A stretch of 64,000 nucleotides of DNA from Candidatus Heimdallarchaeota archaeon. GTDB taxonomy: Archaea > Asgardarchaeota > Heimdallarchaeia > JABLTI01. Shown in pieces: positions 25,727-36,123 of this stretch. Within the stretch, counting starts at the first letter, position 1; every line of letters starts with the position of its first letter. The stretch lies in contig JABCTZ010000032.1 in assembly GCA_018238155.1 (NCBI GenBank), forward strand, positions 96,001-160,000, read 5' to 3'. The notes under the pieces were generated by a model, which saw only the letters and a list, made by a program, of their open reading frames with translations, made no database searches and was not told the origin of the DNA. Made by a program: the position numbers and the translations under genes.

Positions 25727-26992
25727 TTGGTGAAAAAAATGGTTAACTGGACACAAATTAGAGATGATTTTCCTACACTTAAAAGAAAAATCGATGACAA
25801 ATCAATTGTCTATTTAGATAGCGCATGTAATAGCTTAAAACCGCAACAAGTTATTGATGCCCTCTGCTATTATTACACAAATCTTGGGGCTTGTGGTGGA
25901 CGATCAATACATTCACTTGCACGTGAAACTACCGAATTGAGAGATGATGCTCGAGAGAAAATTGCTAAACACATAAACGCTAGAAATACAAACGAAATTA
26001 TCTGGGTTAGAAATACAACAGAAGCAATTAATCTTATTGCAAATGCATTACATTTCGAGAAAGGACAGGAAATTATAACAACGAATCTTGAACATCATAG
26101 TGGAGTACTTCCTTTTCACAAAGTTATGGGACGAAAAAATCTAAAACTAAAAATAGTAGAAGCAGATAAAAGTGGTTTGTTTGACATAGAGGATTTCGAG
26201 AAAACAATCAACAAAAACACACGATTAATTTCTATCGTTCATACTTCAAACACTACAGGTACAACTGCACCTTTAGAAGAGATCATTAAAATTGCTCATG
26301 ATTATGGCGCATTAGTATTGTCTGATGATGCACAATATTTCCCACACAAAAAAACTGATGTTCAGAAATCTGATGCTGACTTTTGTGCTGTTAGCATGCA
26401 CAAAGCATTAGGTCCCTCTGGTATAGGTTTCTTGTATGGCAAAGAGCATCTATTAAAAGAAATGGATTCTTTCTTAGTTGGTGGAGATACCATTGAAGAT
26501 GTCAAATATATAGATGGAAAAGTAGTACCCACTTATTTGGAACCACCTCACAAATTTGAAGCTGGTTTACAAAATTATGCCGGAGAAATAGGTTCAGGAG
26601 CAGCAGTTGATTATCTTGATTCAATTGGTATGGAAAATATTGAAGCAAGAGAGCACATTTTAACAGAAAAATTACAAAAAGCATTGGAAAGTATCTCAAG
26701 TATTAATACTATAGGACCAAAAGATCCAAGTCAAAGAAGTGGACTAGTAGCATTCCAAATGAAGAATATAGAAACAACAGGTGACATAGCCAATTATTTG
26801 GATTCTGATGTAGAAGGGAATAAAATAATGATCCGAGCGGGAGCACATTGTACCAATCCTTTCCATTATCATATTGGAATTACACCAAGCACTGGAACAG
26901 CTCGAGCATCGATTTATGTCTATAATAATGAGGACGATATCAAACTTCTCAAAGATGCTTTAGAGGACCTTGATAAAATAGTAAATAGTTAA
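25727..26992 (+). CDS. sufS: Cysteine desulfurase, SufS/CsdA type (class V aminotransferase)
   Basis: YLDSA, NTTEAIN, EHHS, SMHK (PLP lysine), FEAG and RAGAHC (catalytic Cys). Confidence 0.88.
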   Translation: MVKKMVNWTQIRDDFPTLKRKIDDKSIVYLDSACNSLKPQQVIDALCYYYTNLGACGGRSIHSLARETTELRDDAREKIAKHINARNTNEIIWVRNTTEAINLIANALHFEKGQEIITTNLEHHSGVLPFHKVMGRKNLKLKIVEADKSGLFDIEDFEKTINKNTRLISIVHTSNTTGTTAPLEEIIKIAHDYGALVLSDDAQYFPHKKTDVQKSDADFCAVSMHKALGPSGIGFLYGKEHLLKEMDSFLVGGDTIEDVKYIDGKVVPTYLEPPHKFEAGLQNYAGEIGSGAAVDYLDSIGMENIEAREHILTEKLQKALESISSINTIGPKDPSQRSGLVAFQMKNIETTGDIANYLDSDVEGNKIMIRAGAHCTNPFHYHIGITPSTGTARASIYVYNNEDDIKLLKDALEDLDKIVNS

Positions 26993-27020
26993 AAAGTAAA
27001 TATATTACCCTACTATACTC

Positions 27021-28592
27021 TTAACCATTCCAAAGGTTAAAGGGTAATTTCTCTTTTTCTTCATCGCTTGTTGAAAAACCTCTTTTTTCGCTTCTTACAG
27101 CATTTTCAAAAGAACCATACCTTTGTACTATTTGATCTTCTAGAGGTTTTGCAATTTCCACAGCAGCTTTTACATGCTTTGAGGTAATTCTATCATCACC
27201 ATTTGTCATCGCAAGATCACCTGCAACTTTAATTAAACCTGCAAGCTCTCTTAGACGTAACGTCAATGATGCTTCTTCCTTATCGACATTTTCAGCAATA
27301 TATCTGGCATATTTTATTATGTCATTGATACCTCTTCGATCCATTGCAGGAATTTTATTATCTCTTAAAATTTCTTGAGCAATAAATTGCATTAATTTCA
27401 TTCTGTTTCCTTCATTATCAAGCATGGCTGTTTTTAAGAGAATTTCATAGCCATCACCTTGAATCCTTGAACGCATAGGTGGTAATATTTTTGGAAGATC
27501 TGCAAGATTACAGGCAGCAACAAGAACGAAATCACAAGGAACATTATCTATTCTTACAGATGCACCTGAGCTTTGAGGATTTCTACCAATTATCGGGAAC
27601 TTTCGCTCTTGCATTGCTGTTAATAATGACCTTTGTAAAGCACCAAGCTGAGAAATTTCATCCACAAATAGAACTCCTTGATGAGCTTCATGTATACTTC
27701 CTGCTATTACTCGTTTGTATGGTGGAGTTCCTAGCTTATGATGCCCACCGTATGGATCATGCAAGCAATCTCCCAGTAATTCAGTTGCACTTGCACCTGT
27801 TGCTTGAACAAAAAGAGATCTCCTAATAGGAACTAAAACCTTCATTGGCTTTGTTCCTTTTTTAGCTTTAGAAAGTTCAATAGCTTCTTGGTCAAATACT
27901 CTAATACTATTTCCGGATTCTTCAAACAAAAGGATTTCTTCTCTGCCATCTGGAAGGTAAATCGCTTTTGATACCTTAGAACCATCTGTTGTTTTTGCAG
28001 TGAATGGTGAAAGTGAAAGCAAATCTCCAAATCTAGAAGATGATTTCTTACGTTTTGATTTATTACAATGAGGACATAACCGTGTTTCCGGGATAGAAAA
28101 ACCAGAACAGTGCTCACACCCATACCCTAGTTTTACTGCAACATCAAATGGTGCTTTAGACGGATGAATTAACTTTCCAAATTCACTATTTGTAGTTGTT
28201 TTTTGATTTCTCAGACGAAGTTCGTGTAATTGTTTAACTTCAAAAAATGGTCTTTCGGGGTTTTCTGGATTATGTACAATCCATATCTCTTCAGATGGCT
28301 GTCCAAGGTGAAAAGATAATGCTTGTGCTATCATTGACTTTCCAATTCCTGGGGGACCAATAAGCAATAAGTTTCTTCTTTGTTGAGCAGCCATACGAGC
28401 TACTTTAATAGCGAAATCTTGTCCGATTATTCTTTTCAGAGGGTCTTTTGGAATTGGAATATCAAAAGTATCTTCAATATCTCGTAATCTTACTATATGT
28501 GATTCATCTCGAGGTTGAGCTATTCTAGAATTCTCATTCTTGGTACTAGTAGATGATTGTTCCGATTGAAAAAAATCTTTGCCTCTTGACAT
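27021..28592 (-). CDS. LonB-like AAA+ ATPase lacking the protease domain, with a zinc-ribbon insert
   Basis: IIGQD, Walker A GPPGIGKS, AHQGVLFVDE, PCDF, LRLRELAGL and a CEHC...CPHC insert; no Ser-Lys protease domain. Confidence 0.8.
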   Translation of the reverse strand: MSRGKDFFQSEQSSTSTKNENSRIAQPRDESHIVRLRDIEDTFDIPIPKDPLKRIIGQDFAIKVARMAAQQRRNLLLIGPPGIGKSMIAQALSFHLGQPSEEIWIVHNPENPERPFFEVKQLHELRLRNQKTTTNSEFGKLIHPSKAPFDVAVKLGYGCEHCSGFSIPETRLCPHCNKSKRKKSSSRFGDLLSLSPFTAKTTDGSKVSKAIYLPDGREEILLFEESGNSIRVFDQEAIELSKAKKGTKPMKVLVPIRRSLFVQATGASATELLGDCLHDPYGGHHKLGTPPYKRVIAGSIHEAHQGVLFVDEISQLGALQRSLLTAMQERKFPIIGRNPQSSGASVRIDNVPCDFVLVAACNLADLPKILPPMRSRIQGDGYEILLKTAMLDNEGNRMKLMQFIAQEILRDNKIPAMDRRGINDIIKYARYIAENVDKEEASLTLRLRELAGLIKVAGDLAMTNGDDRITSKHVKAAVEIAKPLEDQIVQRYGSFENAVRSEKRGFSTSDEEKEKLPFNLWNG

Positions 28593-28738
28593 TGGTGTTG
28601 CACAAATAGATATTAGACATTGTTTTTCTTAAAACAATAGATTATCCATATATTATGAGAAACAATTAAATAAAAAAGAGAAATTCTTTAGCTGGTAGAA
28701 AAAAACTCGCTACCAACTAAATAAGTAATTAGAATTTT

Positions 28739-30196
28739 CTAAGCAAAACTAAATATTTTGGTTTTATTTGGTCTTCTTGAAAGTTCAGCTATTCGAGCCC
28801 CAATTAAAGTACTGATATTTTTTTCTTCACAAGCATCAATTAATCTTTGAGTTATAATGCCATCAAAAATAACTGTAATAACACTTGATTTTGCTTTTTT
28901 GATTTCATCATAGATTGAAATGACTTTGACTTTTTTCACTTGCTTTTTCTTTTCATTGAGGAAAATACCTTCTTGTTTTTCCTTTCCATCGATATCTTTA
29001 ACGAAGGTTAGTAATTCTTCGGGAATTTTAGGGGGTGGTGGACGACTATAATATTCACTTGAGCGGCTATCTCTCGAAGATCGTCTATCACCTCCACTTC
29101 GTGGGTGTGGTCTTCTACTTCTATTATCTCTTGATTGATATCTTGGAGATGAAGAGCTTCTTGAATCCCTTGACTGATAGGATTGTCTTCTAGTTCCTGA
29201 GGATGCTTGAACATGTGTTCTCTTCTTCTCTTGAGTAGGTTCGGGTGAAACTTTGGTTGCTATTTTTGGAGGAATTGTTTTTCCTTTAATTTTTGTTCCT
29301 CCTCTTGTTTGCTTTCTTTTGATTGCTTTTACAAGAATTTCATTAGCATGAATTTCAGTCACGAAACCTGCTTCTTCTATAGGAACTTTTTTGCCGAGGT
29401 GATCGACAATTTCCTTTGGTTTCAAATCTTCAACTTCAACACCTGTTGGTGCACGAGCAACATAATCAACTTCGCTATACATTAGAAGCTCTTTTAGTAT
29501 CAAATCTCCACCACGGTCTCCATCTAGAAACGCGATTGTTGTTTTTTTCTTGGTAAGATCACTAACAGCTCTTGGAACAGATGCTCCTTGGACCGCTACG
29601 GTATTTCTAACACCTGCTCGTAAGCAAGCAGCAATATCCGCTCTGCCCTCAACAATAATGATAGTATCTGAACTGTTCAATTCGGGTCCAGCTGGTAGAG
29701 GACCATAGTTGGTAATACCACCAACTCGAGCAGCTTTAATCACTTCATCGTGAATTTCACTTGAATCTTGAGAAGTCTCTGTTTCCCATTTCTTAAGAAG
29801 ATCTGAAGCACGTGAGATGATTTTCTTTCGTTTTTCTTCACGAACATCTTCTATTTTCTTTATGCTAATTTTTGCATTGCATGGACCAATTCTATCAACT
29901 GTTTCAATAGCTGCTGCTAAAATTGATGTTTCAACTTTATCAAGGCTGGATGGAACTGAGAGATTTCCTTTAGTTTTTCCTCCACGTATGATAAGGCTTA
30001 CTTGAATTCTTCCAACTCTTCCGCCTTTTTGCAATTCACGTAAATCAAGATCATCTGAGAGCAAACCTTCTGTTTGGCCAAATAAAGCACCAACGACATC
30101 AGGTTTCTCAACGATGCCTTCAATAGCGAAATCAGCATGAATCATGTATTTTGTTGTTGTTGATTCCTCGTTATTATGATTTTTAGTATATGGCAT
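28739..30196 (-). CDS. dnaG: Archaeal DnaG (TOPRIM, exosome-associated)
   Basis: VEKPDVVGALFGQTEGLL, VEGRAD, FLDGDRGG and DGIITQRL. Start reassigned to the ATG at 30196 (MPYTK), which is preceded by GGAGGT. Confidence 0.92.
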   Translation of the reverse strand: MPYTKNHNNEESTTTKYMIHADFAIEGIVEKPDVVGALFGQTEGLLSDDLDLRELQKGGRVGRIQVSLIIRGGKTKGNLSVPSSLDKVETSILAAAIETVDRIGPCNAKISIKKIEDVREEKRKKIISRASDLLKKWETETSQDSSEIHDEVIKAARVGGITNYGPLPAGPELNSSDTIIIVEGRADIAACLRAGVRNTVAVQGASVPRAVSDLTKKKTTIAFLDGDRGGDLILKELLMYSEVDYVARAPTGVEVEDLKPKEIVDHLGKKVPIEEAGFVTEIHANEILVKAIKRKQTRGGTKIKGKTIPPKIATKVSPEPTQEKKRTHVQASSGTRRQSYQSRDSRSSSSPRYQSRDNRSRRPHPRSGGDRRSSRDSRSSEYYSRPPPPKIPEELLTFVKDIDGKEKQEGIFLNEKKKQVKKVKVISIYDEIKKAKSSVITVIFDGIITQRLIDACEEKNISTLIGARIAELSRRPNKTKIFSFA

Positions 30197-30733
30197 TAAT
30201 TTTATACCTCCAATATTAACTTGGGTTAAATTGTTCAAATGACACATTTGTTGTAAAAATCGCTTTGGAGATTTTTTTCTTACACCTTTAAAGAGCAAGC
30301 GAAATAATAGGTTTTTTTTATTCTAACCTATGTATCTCAAATATCTCCTGATCAAAAAGAAAACGAATAGTCATCAATTATTGATATTTTTAGGAAATTA
30401 CCTTAGTAATTTTTCTTATATCTTTGAGCAATAGTAATAATTTGAAATTATTTTAATATTATTGCATTAATCCTATTTGATTATTTTATCTAAATTATTT
30501 CTCAACCACTTTTGTGGGAGTTAGTAATCGTGATTTGATGATGAGGCTCTGTTTATTTATTGTTTTTTTCTGTGAGCCTGTAATATTCTTAATTATTCTT
30601 TATGATCAATATATTCGATTCTTAGCAATCAATTGTCATTCGATTGTTAAGTCAAATGTGCCTAAGAGGTTTTTAAACCTTTGTCTGTTGCTGATTGCAA
30701 CCCGAAATTGAAATGAATTAATAGTTACAAAAA

Positions 30734-32917
30734 TTGATTAAATCGATTTTCACTCTTACAAAAGGTAAGTCTTTTATTGTTGAAACAAACATTTTTCTAT
30801 TGGATGAAGTAATTTATTTCCACTCGTTGATGTTGGAGGAAAAAAAGACTTTGATTTCAAGAAAGAAAAAAATGACCATTTTAACTTTATTATTGATTCT
30901 TTTAGCTGGGAATATTTCTACCTTTATATTTACTGCAGAAGATACTATAGCAAAAGTACCCTTTAGCGGAAGCGGTGGATTAGATACTCAAGGATATTAT
31001 TACTCGCATTGGAATGAAACCATTACCGTTGGAATGGATGGATCACTGCTAATTATTGAGGAGATGACATTTAGAATGGATCCCGGTTCTTATGGATTTG
31101 CTTATAGAAATCTGAACTGGAAACTTTTTGATAATGTAAACAGTTGGAAAATAGAATCTGGGAATAATGCACCAAGTATTACCTATTATAAGATGGAAAA
31201 AACAGCTGAAGAAATTCAGTTCTACTGGGAATTTCCGAGAGATTATTATTCATCACATGTTAGCTTTACATTTGTTTTGACCTATAATGTCTCATCTGCT
31301 ATGGATTTGCGAGGAGAAAGGGATAGAGTATATTGGAACGTTATTGGAGATGAATTTGAAGTACCAATAAATGACATTTCAATTCGTGTAATCTTTCCTC
31401 AAGAATATGCCTTAGCTGATGTTCGATCAACTACTTATTTTCAAGGAACAAATCCTGGTGATGATACTGGGTCAAAATTGAATGTAGATGGAAAAACTCA
31501 TGTGACTTTCCATCAAAGCTCTGTAGGTGCATACGAATCTTATACCATTGATGTTGACACACCACCTGCAGGGATAATTATGCCTTTTAGTTGGAGAGTG
31601 TATTTGAATACGAATTGGTATTTATGTATAGCATTTGGTTTTATGCCTGTTTTGCTCTTCTTTGGATTGCTCTTCATTTTTAAAGGACTTGACCCAAAAG
31701 TAAAAAGTATCCCAACATTGAATGAAGTTACGTACAAAAAATGCATCCAATGTGGGTACAAAGATGCTCGAAAAATTAAATTCTGCCCAATGTGTGGCGA
31801 TGATGTTAAAATAGTAAATGAAATTGGCCCACCAAATAATCTAAGCCCAGCAGAAGTAGGAACTTTACTGGATGAGAAATTTGATAAGATTGATTTTGTT
31901 GCTGAATTCTTTTATCTCGCAGAAAAAGGTTATTTGAAAATTATTCAAACAGATAGATCAAGTGAGATTTATTTCCAAAGAACGGAAAAAGATGCTTATT
32001 ATGGAGAATTGTCTAAATTTAATAAAAGCCTTCTAAAATTCATCGAAGATTATTCATATGATACTCTCTGGTTCAAAGATGAAAGCAAAAAGACAGATGA
32101 AATTCCCGTAGAAGTTATCTCATTATCTGTTATTAAGACAAAGGCAGTTATGCTCTGGAAAAATAAAAGTGAGGTATATAATAAATTATCCGGAGGAGAT
32201 TCTCCATACTTCACGAAAAATCCTGAGAAGGTTAGAGGTAAATATTCTATGTATGCAATAGGTATCGGTGTGTTAGGCTCAATCGGTTTCGTTATCGGTT
32301 CCTCATTCTTTTTCATTAATGGATTAGTATGGGGTGCCGCAGGTGTAATTGCGGCATCTTTCATTGGGTATCTAGTATCAAATAAAATGCCAAAACTAAC
32401 TAAAGAAGGAGCGAAAGCAAAAGCAAGTTGGCAAAGCTATTTGCAATTAATACGTGGACAAATGCTTGGATTCCCTGACCCATATGAACAATTTAGCTTT
32501 TCAATGGACCACTTCTCATATCTACTAATTGACCCTAAATTTGATTTACCACATCACCTTAAACATATCGCGAAAAAAATACCCAATAACACCCCTCCTT
32601 CTAACTATCATTATACCGCACCATATTGGTATTATTATCCTAGAATATACTTACCAAGGCAATCTGGAATGATGACTCACAGAACAATAACTGGATTCGA
32701 CAGTCTTGGTAGAGGTTTTGAATCAATGGTTAATGGAATAAGTAATTTAGCCGAAAGTTTACCAACGGCAATATCAAATATGGCTGAAGGATTAACTGGA
32801 GCAATTTCTTCTATGAGTGACGGTTTCACTCCTCCATCTTCGAGTGGAGGTATCAGTGGTTTCGGTGGAGGTTCCAGTGGTGGAGGAGGCGGAGGTGGCG
32901 GTGGAGGAATTGGTTAA
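30734..32917 (+). CDS. DUF2207-family membrane protein with an inserted zinc ribbon
   Basis: N-terminal beta domain (DGSL..EE, YWNVIG), PP-x2-LSPAE.G.L.D, TM pairs, T.EG...W and a Gly-rich GGGGG tail; CIQC...CPMC insert. Confidence 0.75.
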   Translation: MIKSIFTLTKGKSFIVETNIFLLDEVIYFHSLMLEEKKTLISRKKKMTILTLLLILLAGNISTFIFTAEDTIAKVPFSGSGGLDTQGYYYSHWNETITVGMDGSLLIIEEMTFRMDPGSYGFAYRNLNWKLFDNVNSWKIESGNNAPSITYYKMEKTAEEIQFYWEFPRDYYSSHVSFTFVLTYNVSSAMDLRGERDRVYWNVIGDEFEVPINDISIRVIFPQEYALADVRSTTYFQGTNPGDDTGSKLNVDGKTHVTFHQSSVGAYESYTIDVDTPPAGIIMPFSWRVYLNTNWYLCIAFGFMPVLLFFGLLFIFKGLDPKVKSIPTLNEVTYKKCIQCGYKDARKIKFCPMCGDDVKIVNEIGPPNNLSPAEVGTLLDEKFDKIDFVAEFFYLAEKGYLKIIQTDRSSEIYFQRTEKDAYYGELSKFNKSLLKFIEDYSYDTLWFKDESKKTDEIPVEVISLSVIKTKAVMLWKNKSEVYNKLSGGDSPYFTKNPEKVRGKYSMYAIGIGVLGSIGFVIGSSFFFINGLVWGAAGVIAASFIGYLVSNKMPKLTKEGAKAKASWQSYLQLIRGQMLGFPDPYEQFSFSMDHFSYLLIDPKFDLPHHLKHIAKKIPNNTPPSNYHYTAPYWYYYPRIYLPRQSGMMTHRTITGFDSLGRGFESMVNGISNLAESLPTAISNMAEGLTGAISSMSDGFTPPSSSGGISGFGGGSSGGGGGGGGGGIG

Positions 32918-32947
32918 CTTCATCAAAATCTAATTGAAATAAGATTG

Positions 32948-32969
32948 CTTTTGGGTGAAAACCCGAAAG
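32948..32969. terminator. Hairpin with GAAA tetraloop between convergent genes
   Basis: CTTTTGGGT-GAAA-ACCCGAAAG followed by attttctttt. Confidence 0.55.
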
Positions 32970-33024
32970 ATTTTCTTTTATCTAACAGTATTAAAAAAAT
33001 AGCTCTTTGAAAGAGATTAGTTAT

Positions 33025-33744
33025 CTAATCTTCTTTCTTTTGCTTCTCTTTTTTCTTTTTTACTTTCTTTTTTGGTTCTTCCTTTCTGTTGGTTTCAAGC
33101 TCTTCTTTCTTATCTTTTTCTTCTGTCTTCTTTTGCTTATCGTCTGTTTTCTCCTTCTTATACTTCAAAAGTTGATTAGCAATTATTTTTTCAAGAACTT
33201 CTTCTTCTAAATCTTCACTATCAATAACAACAAAATTCAATTTTTCATCTGCAAAAGTTTGAATTATGGGGCTCTTATTCATAAGAATCATACCAATTCC
33301 GCCAAAAAGTTGCATATCGACAAAAGAAAAAATGAATCGTTTGAAACTTAATAAAAGATCATTATTAGTTAAATAGAGAAGTTCACCACTTTGCTCTCCT
33401 GCAATTAGCATCAAGCGGATTCCCATAACTTTTTTACCAATTGTTAAACCATTTGTTTTAATTGGCCAATAAACAAAATAAGCAGAAGAAGCTAACGCTG
33501 TTACAACGCCCATAAGAGGCCAGAAAATATAGAGTAAAACCTCTAAAACAGGTTTAGCAGTTAAGACGAAGGAAACATGGAATACAAAAGGTAAGGCTAA
33601 ACAAACAAATAAGATTAGATCGATGATTAAAAAATCAATAATTGCAGCTATTATTCTATTAGAAATAGATGACAAGGGTTTCTTGATATTGGTAGTTTTT
33701 TTCTCCTCACTCATAAATAAGTCTCCAAATAACGATTGATTCAA
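33025..33744 (-). CDS. RDD-family membrane protein with a Lys/Glu-rich tail
   Basis: RIIAAIID, GLTIGKK.MGI, R and Q..AD motifs. Confidence 0.8.
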   Translation of the reverse strand: MNQSLFGDLFMSEEKKTTNIKKPLSSISNRIIAAIIDFLIIDLILFVCLALPFVFHVSFVLTAKPVLEVLLYIFWPLMGVVTALASSAYFVYWPIKTNGLTIGKKVMGIRLMLIAGEQSGELLYLTNNDLLLSFKRFIFSFVDMQLFGGIGMILMNKSPIIQTFADEKLNFVVIDSEDLEEEVLEKIIANQLLKYKKEKTDDKQKKTEEKDKKEELETNRKEEPKKKVKKKKEKQKKED

Positions 33745-33823
33745 GATTATAAAAATACATGTTGTTTTAAAAAAATTCTCTAAGGTAAGGAAAAAAGAAG
33801 AAATGAAGGAACTAGTAAAAAAA

Positions 33824-34360
33824 TTACTCAGTCCTTGGTTTCTTTAGAGGTACTAAAGATTCATCAACTTGAACGACAATGGTTTTGCCAAATTGATCTG
33901 CGAATCTTTGGTTGTTGTTGTCATTGGTAATAAAGTACCACGCGATCAAACCAAAAGCAAATCCAGCTTCTATCCAACCAATAAGGGCACGTATAAATAC
34001 TTTACTAAAATCACCTTCAGTAATTGATCTAAGCGTCCATTTAGCTTCATCCTCAATTAACATAAGCTTAATTTTTTGCATCTTTTTACCGATTGTTTGA
34101 CCGTCATTTTTATAGGGCATCCAAACAAAGATGTAAAACATTGCTACAAAACCTAATACGTATAGTACAAAGCTCAATAGATAACTAAGCCAACCACCAA
34201 TAACGGGGATAGTACCTATAACAAAATAGAGAATAACACCTAAAATATAAATGCCGAAAACGATACCATAATCAACAATAGCCGCAATAGCTCGTTCTTT
34301 AAAAGTAGCTAAAGCAACTTTAACATCTGGTTTTTCTGTTTTTTCAGTTTTTTCACTCAT
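33824..34360 (-). CDS. RDD-family membrane protein
   Basis: RAIAAIVD, GQTIGKK and QRFAD..KT.VV motifs. Confidence 0.82.
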   Translation of the reverse strand: MSEKTEKTEKPDVKVALATFKERAIAAIVDYGIVFGIYILGVILYFVIGTIPVIGGWLSYLLSFVLYVLGFVAMFYIFVWMPYKNDGQTIGKKMQKIKLMLIEDEAKWTLRSITEGDFSKVFIRALIGWIEAGFAFGLIAWYFITNDNNNQRFADQFGKTIVVQVDESLVPLKKPRTE

Positions 34361-34561
34361 AATAAACTAACTCCTACTAATAAAAGGATAATAGTACCTT
34401 CCTTTCGAACGAACTAGTATAAAAATAATTTCAGAAAGAGCAAGAAAAATAAGGAAAACTCGTGAATAAAAAAATCGGAATAACCTTTAAATGCGACAAA
34501 AATATCTCTGCTTAAGGATTTTCAATCAAAATAGGACTCAAATTTCAAACGGTGAAAATAT

Positions 34562-36067
34562 ATGGCAGATGAAGATATATATGCTGACGTTCAGTTAGCA
34601 AAGAAACCAGAAGATGAGTGCGCCAACTCAGCTTCAATTGAAGCAAAGAAAACAGGAAAGATTAATGTTTTCCTTTGGTTTTCATACGATGCTGCGGACA
34701 CCTACTTTTCACAATTAATAATTAGCCTTGCTTTTACACCACTAGCTCTTTTGTTAGGTATAGAAATAGGTTGGACATATACATTCACGTTTGTAATAGT
34801 CTCACTCTTTATGGCATTTTCAAACTTGCTAATAGCTGCTCTTGGACCAATTATGGGTTCTATATCAGATATTGCCGGCAAACGAAAAGGAGCAGTAATT
34901 ATTGTTGCAAGTATTATGGTTGCTTCAACAGCTGCAGTGACTCCTTTTGTAAGTTTTGGTACACCCATGTTTAAATTCTGGATGGCAACCATTCTATTTG
35001 TAATAGCAAACTTCTGCTATCAAGCGGGTAGAATGTTTTACGATGCCCAAATCCCTTTCATTGCAAAAACAGAGCAACGTTCATTTACACAAGCTTTAGG
35101 TGGTTCTCTTAGCTTCATCGGGTCTGTTCTTGGAGTTGTGACAAGTATGGTTTTAGTGGGTATCTTTGGCAAACCAACACATATTGATACTGCTATTTGG
35201 GCGAATGCCTCTATAAGACCTGAAGATATTGAATATGGTGGTCTTCAATGGATGTTTCTTATTGGTGCAATTGTCATGGTAATTATGGCATTACCTTATC
35301 TTTTCCATAAAGAAGTTGAAACTCCAACGAAAGTCACTTTGATAGACAATTTTAAACAATCACGAAAGATTTTCCGGACAACAGGAAAGGAAATTCTAAG
35401 AGATCGAAATTCTTTGCTTTTCTTTCTAGGTTGGTTCTTTATTACCGATGCTGCGAATACTGCAATACTTTATATGACTGTAACTATTCAAGGAGCTGTA
35501 GGATATGATTTAGCAACTACTAATTATGTTCTTTTCGCAGGCATTGGTGGAAGTTTAATTTTTGCTGTTATCACAGGACTTTTTATGAACAAATATGGTC
35601 CAAAGTTAACTTTCATTGTAAATGGTATTTCATGGGCAATTGCTGTTCTAATAATTATTTTCTCCGGTTGGGAGATTGGAGGTATTATGACTCCAAAATG
35701 GTTGGTGTTTTTCGGGGCGTTCTTTGTTGGTATTGGTTTTGGAGGTATCTGGATTGTTGGAAGACAATTCATTATGGTACTAGCTCCACCTTCGAAATTA
35801 GCTCAATATGGGGGTTTCCAAAAAATCGCTGGGCGAGTTAGTGCAATTGTATCTCCACTTATGTATGCTGGACTTATCTTTGCTTTTGAACCACAATTCG
35901 GCATTCGTAATGCCTATCGTTTTGCTTTAGCTTCTCTAATAATCTTTTTCATAATTGGAGTAGGACTAATTTCATTCATTAAAGACCCACACAAACGGTA
36001 TCTCTCTGGTGAGCGTGCGCCTTATACGGGCTTATATGATAAGCAACAAGATGAGGAAATCGCATAA
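34562..36067 (+). CDS. MFS transporter (UMF1/Atg22-like)
   Basis: About 12 TM helices, W.SYD.A and GSISD..G.RK MFS loop motif. Confidence 0.85.
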   Translation: MADEDIYADVQLAKKPEDECANSASIEAKKTGKINVFLWFSYDAADTYFSQLIISLAFTPLALLLGIEIGWTYTFTFVIVSLFMAFSNLLIAALGPIMGSISDIAGKRKGAVIIVASIMVASTAAVTPFVSFGTPMFKFWMATILFVIANFCYQAGRMFYDAQIPFIAKTEQRSFTQALGGSLSFIGSVLGVVTSMVLVGIFGKPTHIDTAIWANASIRPEDIEYGGLQWMFLIGAIVMVIMALPYLFHKEVETPTKVTLIDNFKQSRKIFRTTGKEILRDRNSLLFFLGWFFITDAANTAILYMTVTIQGAVGYDLATTNYVLFAGIGGSLIFAVITGLFMNKYGPKLTFIVNGISWAIAVLIIIFSGWEIGGIMTPKWLVFFGAFFVGIGFGGIWIVGRQFIMVLAPPSKLAQYGGFQKIAGRVSAIVSPLMYAGLIFAFEPQFGIRNAYRFALASLIIFFIIGVGLISFIKDPHKRYLSGERAPYTGLYDKQQDEEIA

Positions 36068-36073
36068 AAAAGT

Positions 36074-36091
36074 TGAAGGATTTATCCTTCA
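36074..36091. terminator. Hairpin between convergent genes
   Basis: TGAAGGA-ttta-TCCTTCA with an A6 run upstream and a T7 run downstream. Confidence 0.55.
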
Positions 36092-36123
36092 CTCATTTTT
36101 TTATCTAATTCAAAGTATTTTTA

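Noticed and set aside
30197-30298. N-terminal extension of DnaG in the ORF track
   Set aside because: GGAGGT sits just before the ATG at 30196, and DnaG-like sequence begins after it.
30514-30711. 65-aa ORF in the dnaG/DUF2207 spacer
   Set aside because: GTG start, no motif or RBS, and it lies in a likely divergent promoter region.
32840-32917. GGN-rich repeat
   Set aside because: It encodes the Gly-rich tail that is normal for DUF2207 proteins.
33007-33210. Phe/Leu-rich hydrophobic ORF on +
   Set aside because: It is the antisense shadow of the Lys/Glu tail of the RDD gene.
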